A stretch of 64,000 nucleotides of DNA, taken from an uncultured virus (IMG/VR IMGVR_UViG_3300030107_002792) (lineage: Duplodnaviria > Heunggongvirae > Uroviricota > Caudoviricetes > Kyanoviridae). The notes beneath the pieces were generated by a model. That model was not told where the DNA came from and did not search any database. It saw nothing but the letters and a program-made list of their open reading frames with translations. Position 1 is the stretch's first letter. Every line of letters begins with the position of its first letter. The position numbers were made by a program, and so were the translations under genes. The DNA lies in IMG/VR virus record IMGVR_UViG_3300030107_002792; one strand, written 5' to 3'. This document shows, one piece after another, positions 32,901 to 42,500 of the stretch.

Positions 32901-34930
32901 TCGCAGTAACCCCAGAATATCCTAATGGAACATATGCTTATTATATGATTGAGGATGGTAGTGGTAATCCTGTTTATCCATATGCTATTGGTCCAAGATA
33001 TTATGGATCACCTTTATTTGAAGGTGACACACCACCACCAGCACCTACAATATTCCCAACTGTTGCAGAGGGTGATGTTGTTTTAAGTACTGATAATCCT
33101 GGACAAGTATCTTATATTAAGATGACTAAGAAAGGTGATAATTATTTTGGTGCTGCAACTGCAAGAATTTTAGGTGGTGAAGGAAGTGGTGCTACAGGAA
33201 CACCTACTGTTCAAACAGTTACTGGTCTTTCATTAACTAATCAAGGTAGAAATTATGCAACTCCTCCAACACTTATCTTTGAAGGTGGTGGTGGTCAAGG
33301 TGCTCAAGGTGCTGCTGAAGTTGATATATTAGGTAAGGTTACATCAATTAGTATTGTTAATCAAGGTGAGTATTATGATGAACCTCCATATGTTTTAATT
33401 ACTGGTGGCGGTGGATTAGGTGCTAAAGCAGAGGCAACTGTATCTCAAGGTAAAGTTACTGGTATTAATGTAATAGAACCTGGTGATGGATATACTGGAT
33501 CACCTAATGTTATCTTTACAAAACTTGTTAATCTTAAACGTAAGACAAGAGCAAGACAGGCATTTAACTCATCTAATATATTCTTAACTGGTCTTGTTAA
33601 AACTGTTGCACCAGCAGATACTACGATATATGTTAATTCTACTGCTGCTTATCCAGGATCTGGTACTATTATTCTTAATAGAGAAACTATTACCTACACT
33701 TCTAAAGGAGCAGGTAGATTTACTGGTGTAACCAGAGGTGTTAACTTTAATTACGACCAGAGAATTATTCTTGATGCTGGACAAAATGATTCTGAAGGTA
33801 ATTCAACTTATCAATTCCAAGTTGGTGATAGAGTTATTAGAAAAGTTGAAAATGCTGCTAACAAGGTTGCTAAAGTATATGACTGGGATCCTTCAACTAG
33901 AGAATTATTAGTTGTATTTGAAATTGATGAATTAGCATTTATTGATGGTGGATTACCTTCTACAGAAGATGCAATCGTTCAGTTTGATGCTGGTGTTGCT
34001 GCTTCTGCTCCAAGTGGGTTCCAACCTCATGTTGTTTTACAAACAGCAAATGAAGTAGGGCAAGTTATACCACTTTTAACTGCACCAACACTTACAACAT
34101 TACAAGATGCAGCATTTGAAGATGATGATGAGAACTTGGGTACAGGTGATGGAATACCTGATCTTGTAAATACAAGTACTGATTTTGAAAATCAAATTAG
34201 TCTTGATGGTGGTATCTATAGTTCACTATATGGTATTGAAGCAACTCAGGGTGGTCAAAACACTACTCTATTCCAAGTTGGTGATAATATTAAGGATGGT
34301 TCAATACCATTTAAATATGCCACTGTAGGGACTGCAGGTGCTCTTGCAGACGGTGTAGACCATACTGCACTAGTCAAACTATACCTTGATGCTAATAACG
34401 CTAATGGTCAAAGTTTCAGTGTTAATGAAGTTGTAACGGGTAATATCTCTGGAGTTATTGGAACTGTTGTTACTTGGGATCCTGTAGAGGTAAGTCTTAC
34501 TGTTAAGGATATTGTTCCTTATAATACAGGTGATGTTAATGTTGGTATAGGTGGTTATCTTTATAAATTCTCTGAGAAGGGTACTATAGTTGATTATTAT
34601 GTTCAAACAGCAGGAACTAACTATACACAAACTCCAACACTAGCAGTTGAAAATATTGGTGATATACAAGCAACAGGAACAGTTAATATGACCACTGCTG
34701 GTGACCAAGTTGCAAGTATTACTATAACTAACGGTGGTTATGGTATTACACAATCTGTTGATGGATCATATAACCTTCATCCTACAGTAACATTTAATAA
34801 TGGTGCAGGTGACACCACTGGTTCAGGTGCTAAAGCATATGCAATTATGGGTGGTGAAAACATCGTTGGTAATGGTGGTGCGACTTATCGTATCAAATCA
34901 ATTGAATATACTACACAGGTTCGTTCGTAA
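29990..34930 (+). CDS. large virion structural protein with split YHYH-like domain, cupredoxin-like and CBM-like inserts
   Basis: 'HSKILGMSFDGYPIYGPYGY' ... 'LDAYNGKFAVTPEYPNGTYAYY', GSGY repeats, 'HPM...YYHCAYHTHM'; located in the baseplate cluster. Confidence 0.75.
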   Translation: MARTVPGSGAVINPIFDETFGVRAVEVLKGGSGYSVSDPPKLSVTGCGTPDVEALLYPIIDSDSGKIIHVRVLNRGSGYDPLRLQIIPQGETPNVVTSFDFNRIWQTHPNSTTTGAFSGTTDRLLIASDNHPKPTWTQAEAAPGGGPLVDRTFNQTFVFRGGKDVPNNGTRENQQDKVVGILANGGLLHTPEWGPDGNAPPGHSIDAVKNNYVKSNDVYDVVTENNIKYYHSNKLINEWELKNGVFDWGLLRPFTWNIKVEYDNIMLQVTDVDETLGTITVGRLVDEIAGNARGEIAKVVRNNQNVVTRIYLRDLSTSASFSQGDGCLGSNGFNFKIQEVPLAFPTGVFYIDFGTEASEFGSFTPGTYYMAPENIKVQRNYLIIWNQSDSSNSQGAQGHPMRFSTTPDGPLNQTPGTLYYKSTGVTEAPAADYENEYQPLFIMNQDESARIYYHCAYHTHMSGYTGDEGYMIFDSTVDNDPRPNTYYTDNFYQSDSNNPATIDRSRHTDGHSKILGMSFDGYPIYGPYGYLLGGTSIITTTPSLSYYGGLFYQVGDGYPTVAQTGSGSGAVVNITAIGTYQTGGIETITIAEGGSGYAVGDKIRILHKYDGAFVSGYTHSSWNANGDRTEGVYGEVGTASEFTVQASWTSANGIGGKPKVTVAADGSVTGFTMGGNGPEAIPGPDGNMGYNYVEDEEITIPGNYIGGSTPAGDILVRVAWATNDDSGVATITAIGAGVGKETSGYRLKTSLELAGNRPAVTTASTVTYTVTSSNGKYLFDGASPSFLNLERGKTYVFNLNSATNDSQQLLIGINEDGWHSQNPVVIGDTTQLFGGPGITYTIDGATVSYTGYLTGFNGATTRSITFQVPATAPAALYLFAYTTADYGLRTVQDGYILGDLIDDNIFDESVLWDSGTAYVIGETVKNSSDVIYEATAAINSGGSQPVHTTGTTSNWKFLGKKGSLDAYNGKFAVTPEYPNGTYAYYMIEDGSGNPVYPYAIGPRYYGSPLFEGDTPPPAPTIFPTVAEGDVVLSTDNPGQVSYIKMTKKGDNYFGAATARILGGEGSGATGTPTVQTVTGLSLTNQGRNYATPPTLIFEGGGGQGAQGAAEVDILGKVTSISIVNQGEYYDEPPYVLITGGGGLGAKAEATVSQGKVTGINVIEPGDGYTGSPNVIFTKLVNLKRKTRARQAFNSSNIFLTGLVKTVAPADTTIYVNSTAAYPGSGTIILNRETITYTSKGAGRFTGVTRGVNFNYDQRIILDAGQNDSEGNSTYQFQVGDRVIRKVENAANKVAKVYDWDPSTRELLVVFEIDELAFIDGGLPSTEDAIVQFDAGVAASAPSGFQPHVVLQTANEVGQVIPLLTAPTLTTLQDAAFEDDDENLGTGDGIPDLVNTSTDFENQISLDGGIYSSLYGIEATQGGQNTTLFQVGDNIKDGSIPFKYATVGTAGALADGVDHTALVKLYLDANNANGQSFSVNEVVTGNISGVIGTVVTWDPVEVSLTVKDIVPYNTGDVNVGIGGYLYKFSEKGTIVDYYVQTAGTNYTQTPTLAVENIGDIQATGTVNMTTAGDQVASITITNGGYGITQSVDGSYNLHPTVTFNNGAGDTTGSGAKAYAIMGGENIVGNGGATYRIKSIEYTTQVRS

Positions 34931-34935
34931 CCTTC

Positions 34936-34942
34936 ATAAATA
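34936..34942 (+). promoter_or_regulatory. late promoter motif (ATAAATA)
   Basis: Intergenic, 27 nt upstream of the gp8 ATG. Confidence 0.7.
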
Positions 34943-34968
34943 AACAAGAGGACAATAGTCACTAGGAA

Positions 34969-36501
34969 ATGGCAGCTCTATTAACTGATCAATTTAGAAT
35001 TTTTTCAGCTCAAAAATTCATTAAAGCTCTTGAGGGTCCAGATGCAACCCAGAGCGACACGGCTGCGGGTGCAACGAGAGATCGTTTGTACTTGTTTATT
35101 GGAAGACCGCAAAGTTGGGACAATGAAAACTCGCCTCCACAGGCAGTTGATTCATTCTCAGAATTTTCTGGTGCTTATGATGATATGGTTTCTCTGAAGA
35201 GAGTCCTTGCTTCAGATACCGTTCAGGTGGTTCGTAGAATTGACTGGGTTTCTCCAGAACAAACTACTGGTGGATTAGGTTTTACCTATGACATGTATCG
35301 CCAAGACTATTCTCCTAGTAAAACTGCTGCATCTGGTGCTACTAAACTATATGATTCTGACTTTTACGTTGTAAACTCTCAGTATCAAGTATATAAGTGC
35401 ATCTATAACGGAACTTCACCTTCCGATCCTAACGGAAAACCTTCGACTGTTGAACCAACTGGAACATCTACTTCAATTATTACCACTGGTGATGGTTATC
35501 GTTGGAAGTATATGTATACTATTCCTGTTGCATCAGTTCTTAAGTTCTTCTCTACAGACTATATGCCTGTCTTTACTAATGATTCTGTAAAGACAAATGC
35601 TGTTGCTGGTGAGATTGACACTGTAGTAATTAATGCTGCTGGAACTGGTTATAACAACGGAACTTATGATAACGTTGCTATTAATGGTGACGGAACAGGT
35701 GGTCGAGTTTCCATCGTTGTTGACGGTGGTAAAGTCATTTCAGCAACTGTTACCTCTGGTGGTACTGGTTATACCTTTGGTAAAATTAGTGTTGATAATA
35801 TAACTGGTATTGGAACAGGAACTGGTGGACAAGTTGATGTTATCATTCCTCCTCCTGGTGGTCATGGTTCTGACGCAGTTGTAGAAATTGGTGCTTTCCG
35901 AGTTATGATTAACGCCAAACTCTCATATGATGAGGGTGCAGGTGACTTCCCGATTGATAACGACTATCGTCGTATTGGTCTAATTACTAATCCTTTAAAG
36001 TTTGGAACTGCAGAATTAATTGCAGACTTGACTGTTTCTGCTACTAAAGCAGCAATTTTCTCACCTACTTTCCAAGGTAATTACGTTCCTGATGAGATCA
36101 TTACTCAAACACGTGTTGTTGGTGGAACCAACGTTACTGCTCGTGCAAGAGTTATTTCATGGAATGCAACAACAAAAGTTTTGAAATACTATCAAAACTC
36201 TGTAGATGGTATCTTCCCTGAAGTTACTGGTACACAAAATGAGTTTGATGGATCTAACGTTATAAGTGGAGCGACATCTGGTGCAGCTGGTCAACCTGAT
36301 GTTAACTTCCCTGCCGTCCCTAATTCTTCTTCTAGAACCATTAATAATACCGAGTATGACTTGGGTATGAAATTTAATAATGGTTATGCAAAACCTGAAG
36401 TCGCTTCAAGTAGCGGTTCAGTTGTTTACATAGATAATAGGAGATCTATTAGTCGTGCAAACGACCAGGTAGAAGATATTAAAATCGTAATCGAGTTCTA
36501 A
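34969..36501 (+). CDS. gp8: baseplate wedge subunit gp8
   Basis: 'LYLFIGRPQSW', 'VVRRIDW', 'YQVYKCIYNG', 'DGYRWKYMYTI', C-terminal 'YIDNRRSISRANDQVEDIKIVIEF'. Confidence 0.92.
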   Translation: MAALLTDQFRIFSAQKFIKALEGPDATQSDTAAGATRDRLYLFIGRPQSWDNENSPPQAVDSFSEFSGAYDDMVSLKRVLASDTVQVVRRIDWVSPEQTTGGLGFTYDMYRQDYSPSKTAASGATKLYDSDFYVVNSQYQVYKCIYNGTSPSDPNGKPSTVEPTGTSTSIITTGDGYRWKYMYTIPVASVLKFFSTDYMPVFTNDSVKTNAVAGEIDTVVINAAGTGYNNGTYDNVAINGDGTGGRVSIVVDGGKVISATVTSGGTGYTFGKISVDNITGIGTGTGGQVDVIIPPPGGHGSDAVVEIGAFRVMINAKLSYDEGAGDFPIDNDYRRIGLITNPLKFGTAELIADLTVSATKAAIFSPTFQGNYVPDEIITQTRVVGGTNVTARARVISWNATTKVLKYYQNSVDGIFPEVTGTQNEFDGSNVISGATSGAAGQPDVNFPAVPNSSSRTINNTEYDLGMKFNNGYAKPEVASSSGSVVYIDNRRSISRANDQVEDIKIVIEF

Positions 36502-36504
36502 CGA

Positions 36505-39500
36505 ATGGCACAGAATACTAATTTAAACGTAACACCGTATTACGACGACTTTGATAAAGCAAAGAACTTTTATCGAGTGTTATTCCGTCCTGGATTTCCA
36601 ATACAGGCAAGAGAACTTACCAGTATGCAATCCATCCTGCAAAATCAGGTGGAGAATATGGGAACCCATATGTTCAAGGATGGAGCAATGGTCATTCCTG
36701 GGCAAATTGGTTACGATTTAGAAGTTGATGCGATTCAGGTTCAAGAGAGTTTCTTGGGTGCTGATGTAGAAAATTATCGTTCTCAACTTACAGGAAAAAT
36801 TATTACAGGTCTTACCTCTGGTGTTAAGGCTAAAGTTCTTTATAGTATTTCTGCTACTACTTCTGAAAAAGGTTATATTACTTTGTATCTAAAGTATATT
36901 GAATCTGGAACAGAGACAGGTGGTACTGAAAATACACAACAAACATTTATTAATAATGAGCAGTTAGTTACTGATACTGAGATTACTTTTGGAACCACTT
37001 TGATTGAAATTGGTTCACCATTTGCTCAGTTATTACCTACTGCTGCAATACAAACTGGTTCTGCTGCATATGTTCAAACTGGTGTTTACTTCATTAGAGG
37101 ATTCTTTGTAGACGTTCCTTATCAATATATTCTCCTTGATCAGTATGGAAGCACACCAAAATACAGGATCGGTCTCGAAATTCTGGAATCGATCATCACC
37201 CCAGAAGATGACTTATCACTCAATGATAACGCTGCAGGAACATCTAATTATGCTGCTCCTGGTTCTCACAGGTTCAGAATAACTACTAACCTAGTTAAGA
37301 AATTACTTACAGATGAAGCAGATAAAGACTTCATAGAATTACTGCGTATTAATGGAGATAAAGTTGAGAAATTAGTTGATCGTAGTGCATATGATGAACT
37401 AGAAAGATCACTTGCTACTAGAACTTATGAAGAGTCTGGTGACTATGTGGTTGATGATTTCCAAATCACAATGCGTGAAAACTTAGATGATGGATTTAAT
37501 AACGGTGTATATGCAACTGGTGATACTACTGCTGATGGTAATTCAGCAGCAGAAAATCTTTTTGCTGTTGAGTTTGGACCAGGTACTGCATATGTTAGAG
37601 GATATAGAATTAAAACTCTTGCTCCAACCTATGTTGACTTAGCAAAACCAAGAGATACAAACTCTGCACAAAATACGATTGTTCCTTTTGAATTAGGAAA
37701 CTATTCTAAAGTAACGAATACTTTTGGATTCTTAAACACTTCTGGTTCTACAATTTCTAATGCATATCAGACAGTAGAATTACGTGATAGATTTACAGCA
37801 ACTCCTGGTGACAGTGTAGGTAATCTAATTGGTTATGCTCGTGCTGCTTCACTTGAGTTTTTAACTAATCCAAATGGAACATTTGGTGATACTGATGACC
37901 AGTATAAACTACACATGTTTGATGTGCAGATGTTTACTGTTATTCAATTAGCATCTGCTCAAACTATTCAAAGTACTGCTGCTGATAATAGAGGATCTTT
38001 AATTGTTGGTAAAACAACTGGTGCTAGAGGTTATATAGTTGCTCCTATATCAAGTGCTACACATCTACAAGTGTATCAGGTTGAAGGGGTATTTGCAAAA
38101 GGTGAAATGATCACTGTTGATGGTTTAGATAAAGATACCATTACTAATGTTCATACTTACCAATATTCTGATACTCGTCAAGTTCTTTCTAGAGATGAAA
38201 GCACTAGTAATGTAGAATTTACTGCTGATATTATTTTAGAAGATCTAAGAGGACTTCAAGGTATTACATTTACATATGATGCTACTGGTGGTTCAGAGAA
38301 AATTACGGGAACAAATTCTAACTTTGCTGCTGATCTACGTGCTGGAGATAGAATCTACTTTAATGAAACTAAGTATGTTGACGTTGATTATGTAGACCCA
38401 ACCAATTTAGCATCTGCTAATGGTTCTACTATCTTTAATTATTCAACTCAAGTAGCACTTGTAACTCCTGGTGGAGGTGGTGCTGCTCCTAGTGCAGGAA
38501 CATATACACAGCTACTTCGTTATAGAGGTAAGTTACTTGAAGTTGATAAAGCAACTTTAATTAAGGAAATGCCTAAGCCTTATGTTAAGAGCATTTCTGA
38601 TGAATCTATGATTGTTAGAAGAACGTTTGATAACCAAACTGTTTCTTCTAGTTCACTTTCAATTACTCTTCCTGAGAATGAACAGTTCCAAGCAATTACA
38701 GATGCTAATTATACTCTAACTGTAATGGGTGGATCTAATGGTACTTATCCTGTTGGCGATCAATTACCTGTTGATACTGTAAACTCTGGTGGTATAGGAT
38801 ATACTGCTTTTGCTGATCCAGCAACTAAGACTACTCTTAATATTTCAAACCTAACAAATATTACATCAGTTAAAGTTACTGCATCTATTTCTAAGAACGT
38901 TACAACTAAAAAGACAAAATCACCAACAAATATGTTTGTCTTGAAAGTTAATCAGAGTCAAGAGAATTTAGATAAGATGAAATATGGTCTTACTTATTCT
39001 GGTGTATATGGAACTAGAATTGAAGATCAAGAATTATCTTTAGGATTAACAGATGTATTTAATGTTCATGCTGTATATGAATCTTTAGATGATCTTGATC
39101 CTGTAATTCCATCAGTTACTTTAGTTGAACCTGCTTTCTTTGCTAATAAGAGTATTGTTACTGGTAGAACTTCAAAGGCAAGAGCAAGAGTTGTTGATTT
39201 TAACTCAAGTACTTTAAAACTAACAGTTGTTTATCTAGAAGGTAAGTTTGTTTCTGGTGAAACATTAGATGGACTTAATAGTAGTAATGTTGCTATTCAA
39301 GGTATTATTAATGACTCTGTAGGTTCTGTTATTGCTGGATCTAAAGTAATTACAGATCGTTATACTTTACAGAACGGTCAAACTGATTTCCTTTATGGTA
39401 TATCTAAACTGACTAGAGAGAAAGGTGTTGCACAACCTATTAGAAAATTAAAAATAGTTTTAGATTACTATACACATGCTGCAACTGGAGATTACTTCGG

Positions 39501-42500
39501 TGGTCAATCTTATCTTGATACTAACTATGCAGATATTCCATTCTACTCTGGTTTATTCTTACCTGATTTCTTAGATTTCCGTCCAGGTGTTAAAAACTTA
39601 TTTGCAGGAACAGGTACTGTTGCATCACCAGCATATGTTCAGTTACCATCATTAGACTTTAGATCAAGAATCTTCCCAACTTCTGGTACACCTTCAGCAA
39701 CGTTGTTTGATGTTCCTCAAGTTAATAGTGATTTTAGATGTGATTTTGATTGGTATTTGTCAAGGGTTGATAAAGTATTTGTTCTCCCTAGTGGTGAATT
39801 CCAGATCATTAAAGGTAAGTCTGCAGAGAATCCTACTGAACCAGATGATTTACAGGATGGTATGCTATTAGCAGTACTAAAGCATGATCCTTATACATTT
39901 GATACTTCTGACGATACTATTATCATAAAGTCTGATAATAAGAGATATACCATGAGAGATATTGGTAATATCGAAAATCGTCTTAATAATGTTGAGTATT
40001 ATACATCACTTAACATGCTTGAATCAGATACATTTAATACTGAAGTTTTAGATTCATCTGGTAAGAGTCGTTTGAAGAATGGTTTTATTGTAGATGACTT
40101 TACAGATCATTCTAAATCTGACATGGAAGAAGAAGACTATAGTGCTTCATTGGATTATGAGTCAGGAACATGTCATGCTTCACACTATACTACTAATGTT
40201 TCTTTATTACTTGATAGTTCATTATCACAAAATGTCCAGCAAACTGGTCCTCTAATTACACTTCCATATGTTGAAGAGGCATTAATTATACAACCATATG
40301 CTTCTAGAGTTGAGAATGTAAACCCATTCAACGTTTTTGCTTATATTGGACGTATTGATTTAACTCCTGCATCTGATGACTGGGTAGATACTAATCGTCT
40401 TCCAAGAAGAGTTACTAGTATTGAAGGTAACTTTAGAGCAACTAGAAGAAGACTTAATGTAGACCAAAATGGATTTGCTCCAACACAATGGAGAGCATGG
40501 AGGACTACTTGGACAGGAACATCTCGTGGTAGTTGGAATAGATGGAGAGAGCATACTTTTGCTAACTTTGTTCCAGGTAGAGGTCGTCGTGTTCTTGGTA
40601 GTAGAACAACTACTACAACTCGTCGTCAAACAAGATCTGGTATTAGAACTAGAGTTGTACCAAGGATTGATAGAAGATCATTAGGAGATAGGATAGTATC
40701 AGAAACTTCAATACCGTGGATTAGGTCTAGGAACGTTGAAGTTGTTGTTGCTCGTATGAAGCCAAGAACTTCATTCTTCTCATTCTTTGATGGTCAGAAG
40801 ATTGATGATTATATGATTCCTAAAGTTATTGAACTTATTAAAAACTCTTCTACTGATAGTAGAACTAACTCAACACCATTCGTGGTTGGAGAATTAGTTA
40901 GAGGTTTAACAAGTGGGTGTAGATTTAGAGTTGCTGCACCAAATGACTTCTACAAGTACAATCAGTATGATGATACTGAGATGCCATCATCTTATGCATC
41001 TACTACAGCATTCTTAAATATTGATACTGAATCACTTGCTAGAAGAGCAGTAGGACGTTACTATGGTAACTTCCAAGTTGGTGAAGTTCTACTTGGACAA
41101 TCTGGTGCAAGAGCAGTTGTTAAAGATCGTAGATCAGTTACAGATAGATTAGGGCAATGGAAGGGAGCATTCTTTATTCCAAATCCTAGAAATAGGTCTA
41201 ATCCACGTTGGTCAACTGGTGATAGAACTCTAAGACTTACTACAAGTAAGACTGATTCTAGACTTCCAGGAGCAGTTTCTTCATCTGCAGAGACTGAGTA
41301 CTCAGCAAAAGGAACACTTAGGAGAGTTCAAGAAAACGTATTAGCAGTTAGAAATGCTAGACTTGTAAGAGACACAACAACACAAAGAAGAACTAGAAGA
41401 TCAACTAGAACTGAAACTCGTCAGGTTGGTTGGTGGGATCCACTAGCACAATCATTCTTAATAACAGAAGAAGGTGGTACATTCATTACTTCAGTGGATG
41501 TATATTTCAACACTAAGGATACTAATATTCCGATCTCTATGCAGATCAGAACAATGGAAAATGGTTATCCAACAACTACTATTCTCCCATTCTCTGATAC
41601 TACAGTAACTCCTGATAATGTTCAGATCTCTGAAACTGGTGCTATTGCGACTAAGTTTACATTTAGAGCACCTGTTTATATTCCACAGTCTATTGAACAT
41701 TGTTTTGTTCTATTCTCCGATTCCAACTCTTATCAGGTTTGGATTTCTAGAATGGGTGAATTGGATATTTCTGGAGACAGAACTATATCTGAACAGCCTT
41801 ATGCTGGTGTTCTATTCAAATCACAGAACGCAACTACTTGGACAGCAGACCAATATGAAGATCTTAAGTTTATTGTAAATAGAGCGAAGTTTACTACTGG
41901 TTTAAATTCTAGAGTTACACTTACCAATGCTCCTTTAGATGTAGGTAATAATGGTAAGATTACTTTAGCTCCTGATCCAATTCAAACTTATCAACCAGAG
42001 TTACAACTTAATACTGCAGCATCTAACTTAACTGATACACCGTTTACTATTGGTGCTCGTGTTTATCAGAAACAGTCTCTTGCTCAAGGAACCATTACTG
42101 CGAAAGCAAATAAAGGTGGTGGTGGATTTACTCTAACCATTAATGATATTAGTGGCACTTGGGTTGATGCACAAGCAATTGTGTCATCTAAGACCACTGG
42201 AACGATAACTCTAACAAGTACATCTGGATATGCAGTTGGTGATGTAATTACTGGTGGAACTAGTAGCACTACTTCTACAATTACTGCAGTAACCAATGCA
42301 ACCACTTTGGCAGTTAATTATCTTTCTGGAGCATATACTAACGGTGAGACAGTAACTGGTGACGGTGCTGGAGGAGGAACTGCAAACCAATCAACAACAG
42401 TTCCTGGATCTGGAACTAATACTGTTCCTGCTGGAGACAGAGTAAGTTCTGCTACAGTTCAAGCAGCAACTCAATCAGGTTCTCCTACTTATGATACAGG

